This document shows, piece after piece, positions 29,698 to 41,257 of a DNA stretch of 64,000 nt (the first letter of the stretch is position 1; each line of letters starts with the position of its first letter). Below the pieces are notes generated by a model. It saw only the letters and a program-made list of their open reading frames with translations, searched no databases and was not told the origin of the DNA. The translations under genes were made by a program, and so were the position numbers. The DNA is taken from contig JANQHR010000097.1 of assembly GCA_028282585.1 (NCBI GenBank), positions 1-64,000 on the forward strand, read 5' to 3'. Source of the DNA: Bacteroidales bacterium. Its GTDB lineage: Bacteria > Bacteroidota > Bacteroidia > Bacteroidales > UBA12077.

Positions 29698-30852
29698 ATG
29701 AAACCGGATATATTAAAATTCTTCAGACAATTTCTGTTTGTAAAACTAGTAATTCTTCTTTCAATACAAATAACCTTTGCAAGCGATAATGATTCAAAAA
29801 AAGATTATGAATCAAATAATGGTTACAGTTCTGATGAATTAAAAATTGGTAAACGACTATTTCATGGATTGATTATTACAGGTGATAATACAATAAACTG
29901 TGCTTCGTGCCATAACACGGAAGTTATTGATACCTTCAATTGGAATCCGTCAGCATTAGAGATTGCTCTTTCGACGCAATATATGGACAGCTCTGCATTT
30001 GCTAATACTCTTCTTAATCCAGTAACAAAAAGAATTTCCGAAGTTCATGAAAATGTGCAATTAGATGCACAACAAATTCTATTAATTAGACTGTATTTAG
30101 ATAATATTAAACTGAATGGTCTGGAAAAACCTAAAATGCTTGTAAAACGTTTGGCATTTTTTATTCTTTTAATAATTGTTTTTATTGTTGCATTTATTGA
30201 TCTGACTTTTACTAAAAAAATAAAGTTCAAGCCTGTTCACGGAATAGTAATGCTTGTTACTTTAGTATTTATTTTTAAAATTATTTACGAGGATGCTGTG
30301 AGTTTAGGTAGATCGCAAGATTATGCTCCATTACAACCAATAAAATTTTCCCATAAAGTTCATGCAGCTGATAATAAAATTGATTGTTTTTATTGTCATC
30401 ATACTGCAGAAACATCAAAATCTGCAGGTCTTCCATCTACAAATGTTTGTTTAAATTGCCATGAACTGGTCAGAGAAGGAACTAACTCGGGAAGATTTGA
30501 GATCCAGAAAATCCTAACAAACATGGAAAATGGACATGCAACAGAATGGGTTAGAATTCATAAACTTCCTGATCATGTTTATTTTAATCATGCACAACAT
30601 GTTGGAGTTGGCAAATTAGATTGTTCAGAGTGTCACGGTAATGTTGAAGACGAACACCTGGCAAAACAATACGCAGATTTATCTATGGGTTGGTGCCTGG
30701 ATTGTCATCGAACAAAAAAGGTTGATTTTTTAGGAAACGAATACTACTCAAAAACATTTGAAGAATATCACGAACAATTTAAAAACAGAGCGATTGATTC
30801 ACTTACAGTTGCAGAAATGGGTGGAGAAAACTGTATGAAGTGTCATTATTAA
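29698..30852 (+). CDS. actA: Alternative complex III multiheme cytochrome c
   Basis: Six CxxCH motifs: CASCH, then two TM helices, then CFYCH, CLNCH, CSECH, CLDCH, CMKCH; also QPIKFSHKVH and LPDHVYFNH. Confidence 0.9.
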   Translation: MKPDILKFFRQFLFVKLVILLSIQITFASDNDSKKDYESNNGYSSDELKIGKRLFHGLIITGDNTINCASCHNTEVIDTFNWNPSALEIALSTQYMDSSAFANTLLNPVTKRISEVHENVQLDAQQILLIRLYLDNIKLNGLEKPKMLVKRLAFFILLIIVFIVAFIDLTFTKKIKFKPVHGIVMLVTLVFIFKIIYEDAVSLGRSQDYAPLQPIKFSHKVHAADNKIDCFYCHHTAETSKSAGLPSTNVCLNCHELVREGTNSGRFEIQKILTNMENGHATEWVRIHKLPDHVYFNHAQHVGVGKLDCSECHGNVEDEHLAKQYADLSMGWCLDCHRTKKVDFLGNEYYSKTFEEYHEQFKNRAIDSLTVAEMGGENCMKCHY

Positions 30853-30874
30853 TTAAGAGATAATAAGTTTAAAG

Positions 30875-33808
30875 ATGACTAAATATTGGAAAAGCTTAGA
30901 TGGTAATTCCATCCAGAATAAAAAAGAAAAGGTAGAAAAGAAATCATCTACTAATCGTAGAGATTTTCTTAAAACGTTTGGCTTTGGCCTGGCTTCAACT
31001 TTTATACTTTCTCGTTGCGAAAATGCTGCTCATAAAGCTATACCGTATTTAATTAAGCCGGAAGAAGTAACTCCAAGCATCGCTAATTATTATACATCAT
31101 CATTTTTTGATGGTGATAAGTTTAACAGCATCCTGGTAAAAGTTTTGGACGGGCGTCCAATAAAAATCGAAGGAAATGATTTGTCAAGCATATCCCTTGG
31201 AGCAACAAATAGTATTACTCAAGCTTCAATTCTGAGCTTATATGATGACACTCGTTATCGAAAACCAAAGGTTAATGGCGAAGATTCTGATTGGGGAACC
31301 ATTGATAAACAAATTATTGATCAATTAAAAAAAGCCAAAGAGGAAAAAGGAAAGATTGCAATAGTATCTCCTACCATTATTAGCCCTTCAACTAAAAAAG
31401 TAATCGCTGATTTTATAAAAGAATACCCAACTACAGAACACATTACGTATAATGCAATTTCTGTTTCAGGGCTATTAGATGCTAATAAAGAATCATTTGG
31501 CAAAAGAATTATTCCAAACTACAAATTCGACAAGGCAAAAATTATAGTTGGCATTAATGCTGATTTCTTAGGAACCTGGTTATCTCCTGTTGAATACACT
31601 AAACAATATGTTCAAAATCGCCAGGTTAGTGAAGATAATAGAGAAATGTCATTACATATTCAGGTTGAAAGTGGTATGTCGCTTACCGGTAGTAATGCTG
31701 ATGAACGAATTATAATTAATCCATCTGAAGAACAAAATTTAGTTGCAAACCTATATAATTATATAGCAAACAAAGTTGGAGAAGAAGAAATTACAGCTTC
31801 AAAACCTACAATGAAAATTACTGAATTAGGTAATGATCTTCTTAAGAATAAAGGAAAATCATTGGTTGTTTGCGGAACTAATAATAAAGAAACTCAATTA
31901 ATTGTAAATGGAATTAACCAATTACTTGAAAACTATGGTAAAACTATTTCTTTTAATCAAGCTTTATTAACTAAACAAGCTGATGATTTAGAAATGGCTG
32001 ATTTTATAAAAAATATTGATTCGTATAAAGGAATTATTTTTTATGATTGTAATCCGGTTTATGATTATCCCGCTAAAGAAAAATTAACTAACGCTATAAA
32101 AAATATTGAATTAAGCATTTCGTTTTCAGCTATTCCTGATGAAACTTCTGAAATTGTTAAATATGTTTGTCCAGCACATAATTATCTTGAAGCATGGAAT
32201 GATTTTAATCCAAAAGAAGGAATTTATACTTTATCACAACCCTGTATACATCCAATTTTTGACACCCGTCGGGAACAAGAATCATTTTTAAAATGGGCAG
32301 GAATAGAACAAGAATACTATCAAATAATTAAACAAAACTGGAAATCTGCAGTTTATTCAAAAACAAACCTCGCATTTGATTTTGAAAACTTCTGGATAAA
32401 ATCTTTGCAAGATGGAATTATTGAATTGGAAAGTAACTCTTCAGAACCAAAATATAAGAATGATCTAAGTGCTATTAAAATTACCGAGCCAAAATCAGAA
32501 CTAGAACTTCATATTTATGAAAGTGTTCATATTGGATCAGGAAAACATGCAAATAATCCATGGCTACAAGAACTTCCAGATCCGGTTTCAAAAGTTACCT
32601 GGGATAATTACGCTGCCATCTCTCCCTTTTTATCTAAAGAAAAGAGCTTAAAAACAGGAGACGTAATAATAATAAGCGGTACCATGGAAATTCCGGTTTT
32701 AGTCCAACCCGGACAGGCAAAAAATACTATTTCTATTGCACTCGGTTATGGTAGGACTGTTGCTGGCAAATCAGGAAAAGATGTTGGTACTGATGTTTAT
32801 CAACTAATAAAAACTGATGGTTATAAGGAATACTCGACAGATATAACGATTGAAAAAACCAAAGTTTTTAAAGAACTAGCTACAACACAATTGCACGATT
32901 CAATGGAAGGGCGCGATATTGTTCGCGAAACAACATTGGATAAATACAAAGAAAAGCCGTCGGCTGGAAATGAACGCCACAAAGAAATTGAAAAACATCA
33001 TAATACATTATATCAGGAATACGTATATGAGGGGCACCATTGGGGAATGGCAGTTGACCTAAATGCCTGTACCGGATGTAATTCTTGTGTGGCTGCTTGC
33101 AGTATCGAAAACAATGTTCCTATCGTTGGTAAAGAAGAAGTAAAAAGAGCGCACGAAATGCACTGGATGCGAATTGACAGGTATTATGCCGGCGACCCGG
33201 AAAACCCTGAAGTTATCCGTCAGCCTGTTATGTGTCAGCATTGTGGCAATGCCCCTTGCGAGAATGTTTGCCCGGTTGGAGCCACAAACCATAGTGCCGA
33301 AGGTATTAACCAAATGGCTTACAACCGTTGTATCGGAACAAGGTATTGTAACAATAACTGCCCTTACAAAGTAAGGCGCTTCAACTGGTTTGATTATAAT
33401 AAATCTGATGCTTTAGAAGGCAATTTGTATGACCCGCATGGAATGACAAAAGACTTGCCACGAATGGTATTAAACCCGGATGTTACTGTACGGGCAAAAG
33501 GAGTTATTGAAAAATGTTCATTCTGCGTTCAGCGAATACAGGAAAAGAAATTAAAAGCAAAAATGGAAAATCGTGCTTTGCAAGATGGTGAGATATTAAC
33601 AGCATGCCAACAAACTTGTCCCGCTAATGCAATTGTTTTTGGAGATTTGAATGATAAAAACAGTAAGGTTTCAAAGCTATTTGAACAACAACGCAGGTAT
33701 CATTTGTTAGAGGAGCTGCATACGTTGCCAACTGTTGGTTATTTAACTAAGGTGAGAAATAAAAAAGGTAAAAAATCAAATAATAAAGATCACCAAAAAC
33801 ATGCTTAA
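30875..33808 (+). CDS. actB: Alternative complex III subunit B (molybdopterin-oxidoreductase-like fold plus Fe-S domain)
   Basis: KYWKSL, Tat motif RRDFLK with a downstream Cys, GRPIKIEGN, NNPWLQE; Fe-S motifs CTGCNSCVAAC, CQHCGNAPCENVCP, CIGTRYCNNNCP, CSFC. Confidence 0.93.
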   Translation: MTKYWKSLDGNSIQNKKEKVEKKSSTNRRDFLKTFGFGLASTFILSRCENAAHKAIPYLIKPEEVTPSIANYYTSSFFDGDKFNSILVKVLDGRPIKIEGNDLSSISLGATNSITQASILSLYDDTRYRKPKVNGEDSDWGTIDKQIIDQLKKAKEEKGKIAIVSPTIISPSTKKVIADFIKEYPTTEHITYNAISVSGLLDANKESFGKRIIPNYKFDKAKIIVGINADFLGTWLSPVEYTKQYVQNRQVSEDNREMSLHIQVESGMSLTGSNADERIIINPSEEQNLVANLYNYIANKVGEEEITASKPTMKITELGNDLLKNKGKSLVVCGTNNKETQLIVNGINQLLENYGKTISFNQALLTKQADDLEMADFIKNIDSYKGIIFYDCNPVYDYPAKEKLTNAIKNIELSISFSAIPDETSEIVKYVCPAHNYLEAWNDFNPKEGIYTLSQPCIHPIFDTRREQESFLKWAGIEQEYYQIIKQNWKSAVYSKTNLAFDFENFWIKSLQDGIIELESNSSEPKYKNDLSAIKITEPKSELELHIYESVHIGSGKHANNPWLQELPDPVSKVTWDNYAAISPFLSKEKSLKTGDVIIISGTMEIPVLVQPGQAKNTISIALGYGRTVAGKSGKDVGTDVYQLIKTDGYKEYSTDITIEKTKVFKELATTQLHDSMEGRDIVRETTLDKYKEKPSAGNERHKEIEKHHNTLYQEYVYEGHHWGMAVDLNACTGCNSCVAACSIENNVPIVGKEEVKRAHEMHWMRIDRYYAGDPENPEVIRQPVMCQHCGNAPCENVCPVGATNHSAEGINQMAYNRCIGTRYCNNNCPYKVRRFNWFDYNKSDALEGNLYDPHGMTKDLPRMVLNPDVTVRAKGVIEKCSFCVQRIQEKKLKAKMENRALQDGEILTACQQTCPANAIVFGDLNDKNSKVSKLFEQQRRYHLLEELHTLPTVGYLTKVRNKKGKKSNNKDHQKHA

Positions 33809-33853
33809 AGCTGTTTAATGAATTAAAATATTGTATCATTAAAATATTACAAC

Positions 33854-35194
33854 GTGTCTGACATTTCAACTCGTGAAGAATTAATCCAAGGCAACAAGGA
33901 TTTAAAGACGATCACCGATGATGTTTTTAACCCTATAGTTGCAAAACCCAATAAGTTTTGGTTTGCAGGACTTTTATTAGCGGCATCTGCGGCCTTAATT
34001 GGAGTAATTTCCATTGTCCTTACCGTATGGAAAGGAATTGGGATTTGGGGCGTAAACAAAACTATTGGTTGGGGATGGGGTATTACAAACTTTGTTTGGT
34101 GGGTAGGTATTGGTCATGCCGGAACATTTATTTCTGCAATTTTGCTTTTATTCCGCCAAAAATGGCGTACGAGCATTAACCGTTCTGCCGAAGCAATGAC
34201 AATATTTGCGGTAATTTGCGCCGGGCTTTTTCCATTAATTCATATGGGAAGATTGTTGTTGGGTTTTTTCATTCTTCCTTATCCAAATACCCGCGATGTT
34301 TGGGTAAACTTTAATTCACCTTTATTGTGGGATGTATTTGCAATTACAACTTATCTTCTGGTGTCACTTGTATTCTGGTATGTAGGATTAATTCCTGATT
34401 TGGGTACAGTTAGGGACAGAATGAAAACTAAATTTAAAAAAGCATTTTACAGATTATTAAGTTTTGGATGGACAGGTTCTGCAAAACACTGGCAACGTTT
34501 CGAAATTGTTAGTTTTACTTTAGCGGGGTTAGCTGCTCCGTTAGTGCTTTCAGTACACACTATTGTAAGTTTCGACTTTGCCACTTCGGTAATTCCTGGT
34601 TGGCATACAACTATATTTCCACCTTACTTTGTTGCAGGTGCAATTTTCTCAGGTTTTGCAATGGTTCTTACGCTTATGATTGTAGCCCGCAAAACAATGA
34701 ACCTGCAAGATTATATCACAATTAACCACATTGAACTGATGAATAAAATTATCATTTTAACCGGTTCAATTGTAGGAATTGCATATTTAACCGAATTATT
34801 TATCGCATGGTACTCAGGCGTTGAATATGAGTTATTCGCGTTCGTTAATCGTGCAACCGGACCTTATTGGTGGGCATATTGGATAATGATGACATGCAAC
34901 GTAGTTTCTCCTCAATTATTCTGGTTCAAAAAGCTTAGAAGAAGTATCTGGTTTACATTCTTAATGTCAATAGTCATTAATGTTGGAATGTGGTTCGAAC
35001 GTTTTGTAATTATTGTTACATCGCTCCATAGGGATTATTTACCATCCAGTTGGGAAATGTACAAGCCGACTATTATTGAAGTTCTTATTTTCGTAGGAAC
35101 GCTCGGTATATTCTTTACTCTATTCTTACTATTTGTAAGGTTTTTCCCGGTTATTGCTATGGCGGAAGTAAAAACAACCATTAAGAACAAGTAG
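33854..35194 (+). CDS. actC: Alternative complex III quinol-oxidising NrfD-like subunit
   Basis: [45 protein letters not shown] start. Confidence 0.93.
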   Translation: MSDISTREELIQGNKDLKTITDDVFNPIVAKPNKFWFAGLLLAASAALIGVISIVLTVWKGIGIWGVNKTIGWGWGITNFVWWVGIGHAGTFISAILLLFRQKWRTSINRSAEAMTIFAVICAGLFPLIHMGRLLLGFFILPYPNTRDVWVNFNSPLLWDVFAITTYLLVSLVFWYVGLIPDLGTVRDRMKTKFKKAFYRLLSFGWTGSAKHWQRFEIVSFTLAGLAAPLVLSVHTIVSFDFATSVIPGWHTTIFPPYFVAGAIFSGFAMVLTLMIVARKTMNLQDYITINHIELMNKIIILTGSIVGIAYLTELFIAWYSGVEYELFAFVNRATGPYWWAYWIMMTCNVVSPQLFWFKKLRRSIWFTFLMSIVINVGMWFERFVIIVTSLHRDYLPSSWEMYKPTIIEVLIFVGTLGIFFTLFLLFVRFFPVIAMAEVKTTIKNK

Positions 35195-35288
35195 GCTATG
35201 AGGAAATCAATGACTGAAATAAATATTGAGAAGCAGAATTACTTTAATCAAGTATTTAGTAAATTTAATGTACTCAAATTTTAATCGG

Positions 35289-35801
35289 ATGAAGCTAATA
35301 TCAGGTTATTTTAATAAAGAAGCAAGCTTATTGGAAGCTGTTAAAAGCTTGCGAGCAAATAATATAAAAATAAAAGATGTTTTTTCTCCTTATCCCGTTC
35401 ATGGTTTGGACCAGGCGATGGGATTAAGGCGCTCTTGGCTACCACGCGCAGCTTTTATTGGTGGAGCATTTGGTGCAATATCAGGATTTTTATTCCAGGC
35501 GTGGGTTTTTACAAGAGCATATCCTATAAAAATTGGAGGTAAACCATTTTTGGCAACACCATCATTTATTCCTGTTACATTTGAATTTGCAGTACTATTT
35601 GCAGCTTTTTCTATTGTATTTGCATATTTACTTAAGTCAAATTTAGGTGTAGGAGCTAACAATAAAATATATGATGAACGAGCTACTGATGATAGATTTG
35701 TAGTAGTTCTTGATACATCAAATGTTGATGAACAGGAAGCAGAAAAAATAAAATCAAAGTTTGAAGAAACAGGTGCTGAAGGAATAAAATATGAAGAGTA
35801 A
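35289..35801 (+). CDS. actD: Alternative complex III subunit D (DUF3341)
   Basis: SPYPVHGLD, IGGKP, FIPVTFE, RATDDRF. Confidence 0.88.
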   Translation: MKLISGYFNKEASLLEAVKSLRANNIKIKDVFSPYPVHGLDQAMGLRRSWLPRAAFIGGAFGAISGFLFQAWVFTRAYPIKIGGKPFLATPSFIPVTFEFAVLFAAFSIVFAYLLKSNLGVGANNKIYDERATDDRFVVVLDTSNVDEQEAEKIKSKFEETGAEGIKYEE

Positions 35802-36984
35802 TATAGAGTCTATTATGGAAAATTACAACATAACATTTCAATTCAGCAAAAAGATAAAAACTATTTTAGCGGTCTTTATTGTTATTGGAGTTGCTTCATT
35901 AGCATACGGTATATTCGCCTATTCGCCAACCAAGGTATGGTCGGCTTTACTTTTAAACTCAGTTAACTTTTTAACGATTGGATTGGGTGCTACCTTTTTT
36001 GTTGCGGTACATATAATTACCCAATCAGGATGGCATGTATCAGTTCAAAGAATTCCTGAAGCCATTAGTATGTCATTACCTTTTGGTGCTATTTTCATGA
36101 TTATCATGTTATTTGGGTTAAATAATGTTTTTCATTGGATACACGAAGTACATCATGACCCATTAATTATGAAAAAGGAAGCTTATCTTAATGTACCATT
36201 CTTTATAACAAGATTATTTATTTACCTGGCTGTTTGGATACTTTTTACTTATGTATTGAGAAATTTATCAAAGAAAAGCGATCTAAACGACGGTCTAAAA
36301 TATTATAATAAAAGCAGAACTTATGCAGCTCTTTTTATCGTATTTTTTGCTATAACTATAGTTACTTTCGCATGGGATTGGCTCATGTCAATAGAAGCAC
36401 ATTGGTTTAGTACATTGTTTGGCTGGTATGTACTTGCCGGCGTTATTGTAAAAAGTTTTGCTGTAATTATAATTATTGTGGCCATCTTAAGAAAACTAGG
36501 TTATTTGGAGTTCATTACTAAAGAGAATATTCATGATTTAGCAAGGTATCTATTTTCATTCGCCATATTTTGGATGTATTTGTGGTTTTCGCAATTTATG
36601 TTGATTTGGTATGCCAATCTTCCTGAAGAAACACTCTACTTTATAAAGAGAGTTGATAATTACGGATTCTTATTTTATTTGAACCTTATACTGAATTTTT
36701 TAATTCCATTCCTGGTACTTATTGTTCGTAAATTCAGAAGAATACTTTGGATTGTAACCTCAATTGCACTAGTTGTTTTTGCTGGTCAATGGCTCGACCA
36801 CTACTTAATGATATTCCCGGGAACAATGCTAGATGTTCAAAAAATTGGAATATTTGATATAGGATTAACCATAGGATTTATAGGGATATTGCTTTGGACA
36901 GTTTTACAATCATTAACCAAAGCTAAGCTTTTACCTAAAAATCATCCTTATTTACAAGAAAGTTTCCATTATGAAAATTTATAA
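35791..36984 (+). CDS. actF: Alternative complex III subunit F
   Basis: About 10 TM helices; KEAYLNVPFF, DWLMS..HWFSTLFG, FSQFMLIWYANLPEE. Confidence 0.88.
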   Translation: MKSNIESIMENYNITFQFSKKIKTILAVFIVIGVASLAYGIFAYSPTKVWSALLLNSVNFLTIGLGATFFVAVHIITQSGWHVSVQRIPEAISMSLPFGAIFMIIMLFGLNNVFHWIHEVHHDPLIMKKEAYLNVPFFITRLFIYLAVWILFTYVLRNLSKKSDLNDGLKYYNKSRTYAALFIVFFAITIVTFAWDWLMSIEAHWFSTLFGWYVLAGVIVKSFAVIIIIVAILRKLGYLEFITKENIHDLARYLFSFAIFWMYLWFSQFMLIWYANLPEETLYFIKRVDNYGFLFYLNLILNFLIPFLVLIVRKFRRILWIVTSIALVVFAGQWLDHYLMIFPGTMLDVQKIGIFDIGLTIGFIGILLWTVLQSLTKAKLLPKNHPYLQESFHYENL

Positions 36985-37558
36985 CATTGATATGAAAAGC
37001 TTCAGAGTTGTATATATAATATTTAGCATGTTATTTATCTTTACTTCTTGTGATAAAAGAAGTACGGAGCGCGGACACAGTTATTTACCCGAAATGGAAC
37101 GATCTCAGGCTTACGATACTTATAGCGAAAATCCAAATTTTGAAAATTCCATGACTATGCGAATGCCTGTAAAAGGGACAATTCCCCGAGAAATGGTTCC
37201 TTATCACTTGGCTAAAACTGATGAAGACCTTAAAACTGCTGGAGAGATACTCTTTAACCCTTTAAAAATCGACGAAGAAAATCTTGCAATTGGTAAACTT
37301 TATTACGATAGATTCTGTAATCAATGCCATGGAGAAAAAGGTGATGGACAAGGATTTTTATATACAAGTAAAAAGTACGCATATCCTCCAACCAACCTGC
37401 TGCTTGAAAAAACTGTAGATAGGCCTGAAGGAGAAATTTACCATATTATAAATGTTGGAATTAAGATCATGGGTGCACATGCTTCGCAAATCTCACAAGA
37501 AGATCGTTGGAGAATTGTTATGTACATTCGTGAGGATCTTCAAAAATCAAGTAATTAA
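36971..37558 (+). CDS. actE: Alternative complex III monoheme cytochrome c lipoprotein
   Basis: Lipobox FTSC, PVKGTIPR, CNQCHG..GDG, Met ligand in IMGAHASQ. True start may be 36992. Confidence 0.88.
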   Translation: MKIYNIDMKSFRVVYIIFSMLFIFTSCDKRSTERGHSYLPEMERSQAYDTYSENPNFENSMTMRMPVKGTIPREMVPYHLAKTDEDLKTAGEILFNPLKIDEENLAIGKLYYDRFCNQCHGEKGDGQGFLYTSKKYAYPPTNLLLEKTVDRPEGEIYHIINVGIKIMGAHASQISQEDRWRIVMYIREDLQKSSN

Positions 37559-37637
37559 TATTTTTTTCATGCATTAAAACGCTTGAATTTGGTATCAATT
37601 TTGAGGGTATTTTTATACTTAATCAAAACTAAATATC

Positions 37638-38567
37638 ATGCAAAAAATATATTTCATAAGTATCTTATTTTTAACTTCAGTTTTATTAGTTAATACATCC
37701 TGCCAAAAAGAAGATAGCCTCCCAAAACCCGATTTTATTGCTAATCATTATTCGTCTACAAATAAGGAAATAACAATCGCCTTTACTGATATGTCATCTA
37801 ATGATGCTGAGGAATGGATATGGGCATTTGAAGGAGGAACCCCTGCAATATCATATGATAGAGATCCAATTGTAACATATAATTCGGCTGGAACATTTAA
37901 TGTAACCTTAACAGTTAGAAATAGTCATGGTACAAAAGAAATTACCAAGGTTGATTATATTAACATTGGTGATTTTCTTAATCCAACCTGGGCTGATATC
38001 CAAATTACGCATAATTCGCAAAATAAAGTTGTTGCTGTTGATGATAACATTTTATTAGCTGAAATTGAGACTCCGGTTATTAGTTATTATGCGGAGACAT
38101 ATGGAAAAGCCAGCGACGGAAATCAAATAGGCTTATTAATTTTCTGGAATGAAAGTTTGAACCTTAATAATGGCCTTTATTGGGACTTTATTATTGAGGA
38201 TATTTTTGTATTTATAAATATTCAAAATTATGGTCCTGATAACTTTTACCCGCTAACGGTTAATTGGGGAGATCCGGAATATGAAATTACTGATAATATT
38301 ACTATTCCAAACGATGGATTATGGAAATCAACAGGTTATTATGACGCTTGGGATTTCATGAAAATAAGAGCCTTTTTCGAAAGTAATTCAGATATTCACG
38401 TAGAATGGGAAGAAGATATCCATTTTGACCTATTATGGGCTGTAAACCAAGGACTTGATTTATGGTATGATGGTTCGAAAAGTACTTTAAAATCTAAAGC
38501 AAAATCTAAAAACCTCCGAGAAACTGCAAAACAAATTAAACAATCTGGTTCCGTAAGAAAAAAATAA
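37638..38567 (+). CDS. PKD-domain lipoprotein
   Basis: Lipobox NTSC; FTDMS..WIWAFEGGTP..YNSAGTFNVTLTV PKD motif. Confidence 0.8.
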   Translation: MQKIYFISILFLTSVLLVNTSCQKEDSLPKPDFIANHYSSTNKEITIAFTDMSSNDAEEWIWAFEGGTPAISYDRDPIVTYNSAGTFNVTLTVRNSHGTKEITKVDYINIGDFLNPTWADIQITHNSQNKVVAVDDNILLAEIETPVISYYAETYGKASDGNQIGLLIFWNESLNLNNGLYWDFIIEDIFVFINIQNYGPDNFYPLTVNWGDPEYEITDNITIPNDGLWKSTGYYDAWDFMKIRAFFESNSDIHVEWEEDIHFDLLWAVNQGLDLWYDGSKSTLKSKAKSKNLRETAKQIKQSGSVRKK

Positions 38568-38636
38568 AATGTTATAAGTATTTAAATATTAAAGCGGTAA
38601 CAGCTTTCAACTATCGCTTTTCAATGAATTATTTAG

Positions 38637-40004
38637 TTATCTTTTTTCTATAGGTTCATAATTTCTCCACTCAGATACATTTTTATACGCGGGCCTTATA
38701 ATTCGCTTCTTTTCAAAATTTAATTCTTCTATTCTATGAGCGCACCAACCGGAAATTCGCGACATAGCAAAAAGTGGAGTGTACAGTTCTCTTGGAATAC
38801 CAATCATTTCGTATACAAATCCTGAATAGAAATCAACGTTAGCACAAACTATTTTCCCTGCCCGGTTTCCTTTAAACTCCATAAAAGCTTCAATACCTAA
38901 CTTTTCTATCGCTTCTAAAAACTCAAATTCATCTAATCTGTTCTTCTCTATAGCTAATTTCTTTGCCATAGACTTTAAAATAATGGAACGGGGGTCTGAT
39001 TTAGTATAGACTGCGTGACCAATACCATATATCTTACCTGTTCTATCATAAGCTTCCTTCTTTAAGAGTTTAAACATATAATTCTTGATTTCATCATGGT
39101 TATTCCAATTTTTAATAACTTTCTTAAAATGATCAAACATATGATTAACCCTTAGATTTGCTCCTCCGTGCAAAGGTCCTTTTAATGAGCCAATACCCGC
39201 AGTAATAGCAGAATAAGTATCTGTATTTGATGAACTAATTACTCTAACAGTAAATGTCGAGTTATTACCTCCACCATGCTCAGCATGAAGTACTTGAGCC
39301 AAATCCAGAACATCTGCGTCTAACTTTGTATAATTTCCATCGCCTTTTAACATAAAAAGAAAGTTCTCTGCCATAGAGAGTCCTGGTTTTGGATGTCTTA
39401 TATATAAGGTTTTATTTCTGTAATAATGCTGCATGCTATGATACGCATAACTTATTATTGTTGGAAAGCTTGCAATTAATTTAATTGACTGAATTATCAG
39501 ATTTTCCCGTGTAATCACATCGGCCTCAAGATCTCTTGCATACATAACCATTACCGTTCTGGCCAGCACATTCATAATATCAACACCTTTAAAATCCAGG
39601 ATACTCATTTTAATTGCGGGGTCCAACTCTCTTTGAGTAGCAAGTAGTTCATTAAATCGATCTAATACAGATTTCATGGGTAACCTACCTGATAACAATA
39701 AGAAAACGGTCTCTTCAAATCCATGTCTTCCTTCTTTTTGAAATCCATCCACTATATGCTGTATATTATATCCTCGATAATATAATTCCCCATCAAGTGG
39801 AATTATTTTACCATCTTTACGATGATAGCCAACAACATTCCCAATATTCGTTAAGCCAACCAAAACACCACTGTGATCATCATTACGCAATCCTCGTTTA
39901 ACATTAAACTTTTCCCATAAATGACCATCAATTCTACTGGTTTTTTGAATCGTTGCAGTTAAATCCTTTAGTAAAGAGTCGAATTCCTTAATATCTTTTT
40001 TCAT
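38637..40004 (-). CDS. gltA: Citrate synthase
   Basis: HAEHGGGNNST, GPLHGGAN, GIGHAVY, NVDFYSG, IIRP. Confidence 0.92.
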   Translation of the reverse strand: MKKDIKEFDSLLKDLTATIQKTSRIDGHLWEKFNVKRGLRNDDHSGVLVGLTNIGNVVGYHRKDGKIIPLDGELYYRGYNIQHIVDGFQKEGRHGFEETVFLLLSGRLPMKSVLDRFNELLATQRELDPAIKMSILDFKGVDIMNVLARTVMVMYARDLEADVITRENLIIQSIKLIASFPTIISYAYHSMQHYYRNKTLYIRHPKPGLSMAENFLFMLKGDGNYTKLDADVLDLAQVLHAEHGGGNNSTFTVRVISSSNTDTYSAITAGIGSLKGPLHGGANLRVNHMFDHFKKVIKNWNNHDEIKNYMFKLLKKEAYDRTGKIYGIGHAVYTKSDPRSIILKSMAKKLAIEKNRLDEFEFLEAIEKLGIEAFMEFKGNRAGKIVCANVDFYSGFVYEMIGIPRELYTPLFAMSRISGWCAHRIEELNFEKKRIIRPAYKNVSEWRNYEPIEKR

Positions 40005-40024
40005 GTTTTAGCTTTTTGGTTTAT

Positions 40025-41251
40025 TTATACAGTTGATGCTTTAAGGCCTTTATCAATTTCATTCAAAAAATCTTCGGTATTTAAATAATGTTCTTTCTTT
40101 AAATTGTCTCCATGAATAATAAGTGCTAAATCTTTTGTCATTTTTCCAGATTCAACAGTTTCAATAGACACTTTTTCTAAACTATTAGCAAATTTTATTA
40201 ACTCATCATTTTTGTCAAGCATACCTCTAAAAGCCAACCCTCTTGTCCACGCAAAAATTGAGGCTATAGGGTTTGTAGATGTTGGCTTACCTTGCTGGTG
40301 TAACCTATAATGCCTTGTTACCGTACCGTGAGCAGCTTCTGATTCCATTGTTTTTCCGTCGGGAGTTATAAGCGTTGATGTCATCAATCCTAATGAACCA
40401 AAACCTTGTGCTAAACTATCAGACTGAACATCACCATCATAATTTTTACAGGCCCACACAAATTCTCCTTCCCATTTCATTGCAACAGCTACCATATCAT
40501 CAATTAACCTGTGTTCATATGTTATTCCTAATTTATCAAACCTCTCTTTGAATTCTGACTCAAATATTTCCTGGAAAATATCTTTAAACCTGCCATCATA
40601 TTTTTTCAAGATGGTATTTTTTGTAGACAAATAAAGCGGCCATTTTTTTAACAATGCCTGGTTCATACATGCTCTGGCAAAACCTTTTATTGAATCATCA
40701 AGATTAAACATTACCATAGCAATTCCATCATCATCAAAATTATGTACGTCATAACTTACTTCTTCACTCCCATTGTCCGGTATAAAAGTTACTTTCAATT
40801 TGCCTTTCCCTTTAACCAAAAAATCAGTGGCTATATACTGGTCTCCAAAGGCGTGACGGCCAATACAAATTGGTTTGGTCCAATTTCTGACTACAGGCTT
40901 GATATTGTTAACCATTATTGGTTCTCTAAAAACCGTACCTCCTAACATTTTTCGTATAGTACCATTTGGAGATTTCCACATTTGTTTTAAACCAAACTCT
41001 TCAACCCTTGCTTCATCAGGTGTAATTGTAGCGCATTTAACTCCAACATTATATTTTTTTATAGCTTCAGCAGCATCAACAGTAATTTGATCATTTGTTT
41101 CATCTCTTTTTTGAATACTTAAGTCATAGTATTTTAAGTCAATATCCAAATATGGAAAAATCAGTTTTTCCTTTATCTCTTTCCATATTACACGGGTCAT
41201 TTCATCACCGTCTATTTCAACAACGGGGTTAATAACTTTAATTTTTTGCAT
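40025..41251 (-). CDS. icd: NADP-dependent isocitrate dehydrogenase (eukaryote-like type)
   Basis: [42 protein letters not shown]. Confidence 0.96.
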   Translation of the reverse strand: MQKIKVINPVVEIDGDEMTRVIWKEIKEKLIFPYLDIDLKYYDLSIQKRDETNDQITVDAAEAIKKYNVGVKCATITPDEARVEEFGLKQMWKSPNGTIRKMLGGTVFREPIMVNNIKPVVRNWTKPICIGRHAFGDQYIATDFLVKGKGKLKVTFIPDNGSEEVSYDVHNFDDDGIAMVMFNLDDSIKGFARACMNQALLKKWPLYLSTKNTILKKYDGRFKDIFQEIFESEFKERFDKLGITYEHRLIDDMVAVAMKWEGEFVWACKNYDGDVQSDSLAQGFGSLGLMTSTLITPDGKTMESEAAHGTVTRHYRLHQQGKPTSTNPIASIFAWTRGLAFRGMLDKNDELIKFANSLEKVSIETVESGKMTKDLALIIHGDNLKKEHYLNTEDFLNEIDKGLKASTV

Positions 41252-41257
41252 AAACAA

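Noticed and set aside
33000-33550. Locally higher GC in the 3' part of actB
   Set aside because: Explained by the Cys/Gly/Pro/Arg-rich Fe-S domain; no breakpoints or repeats seen.
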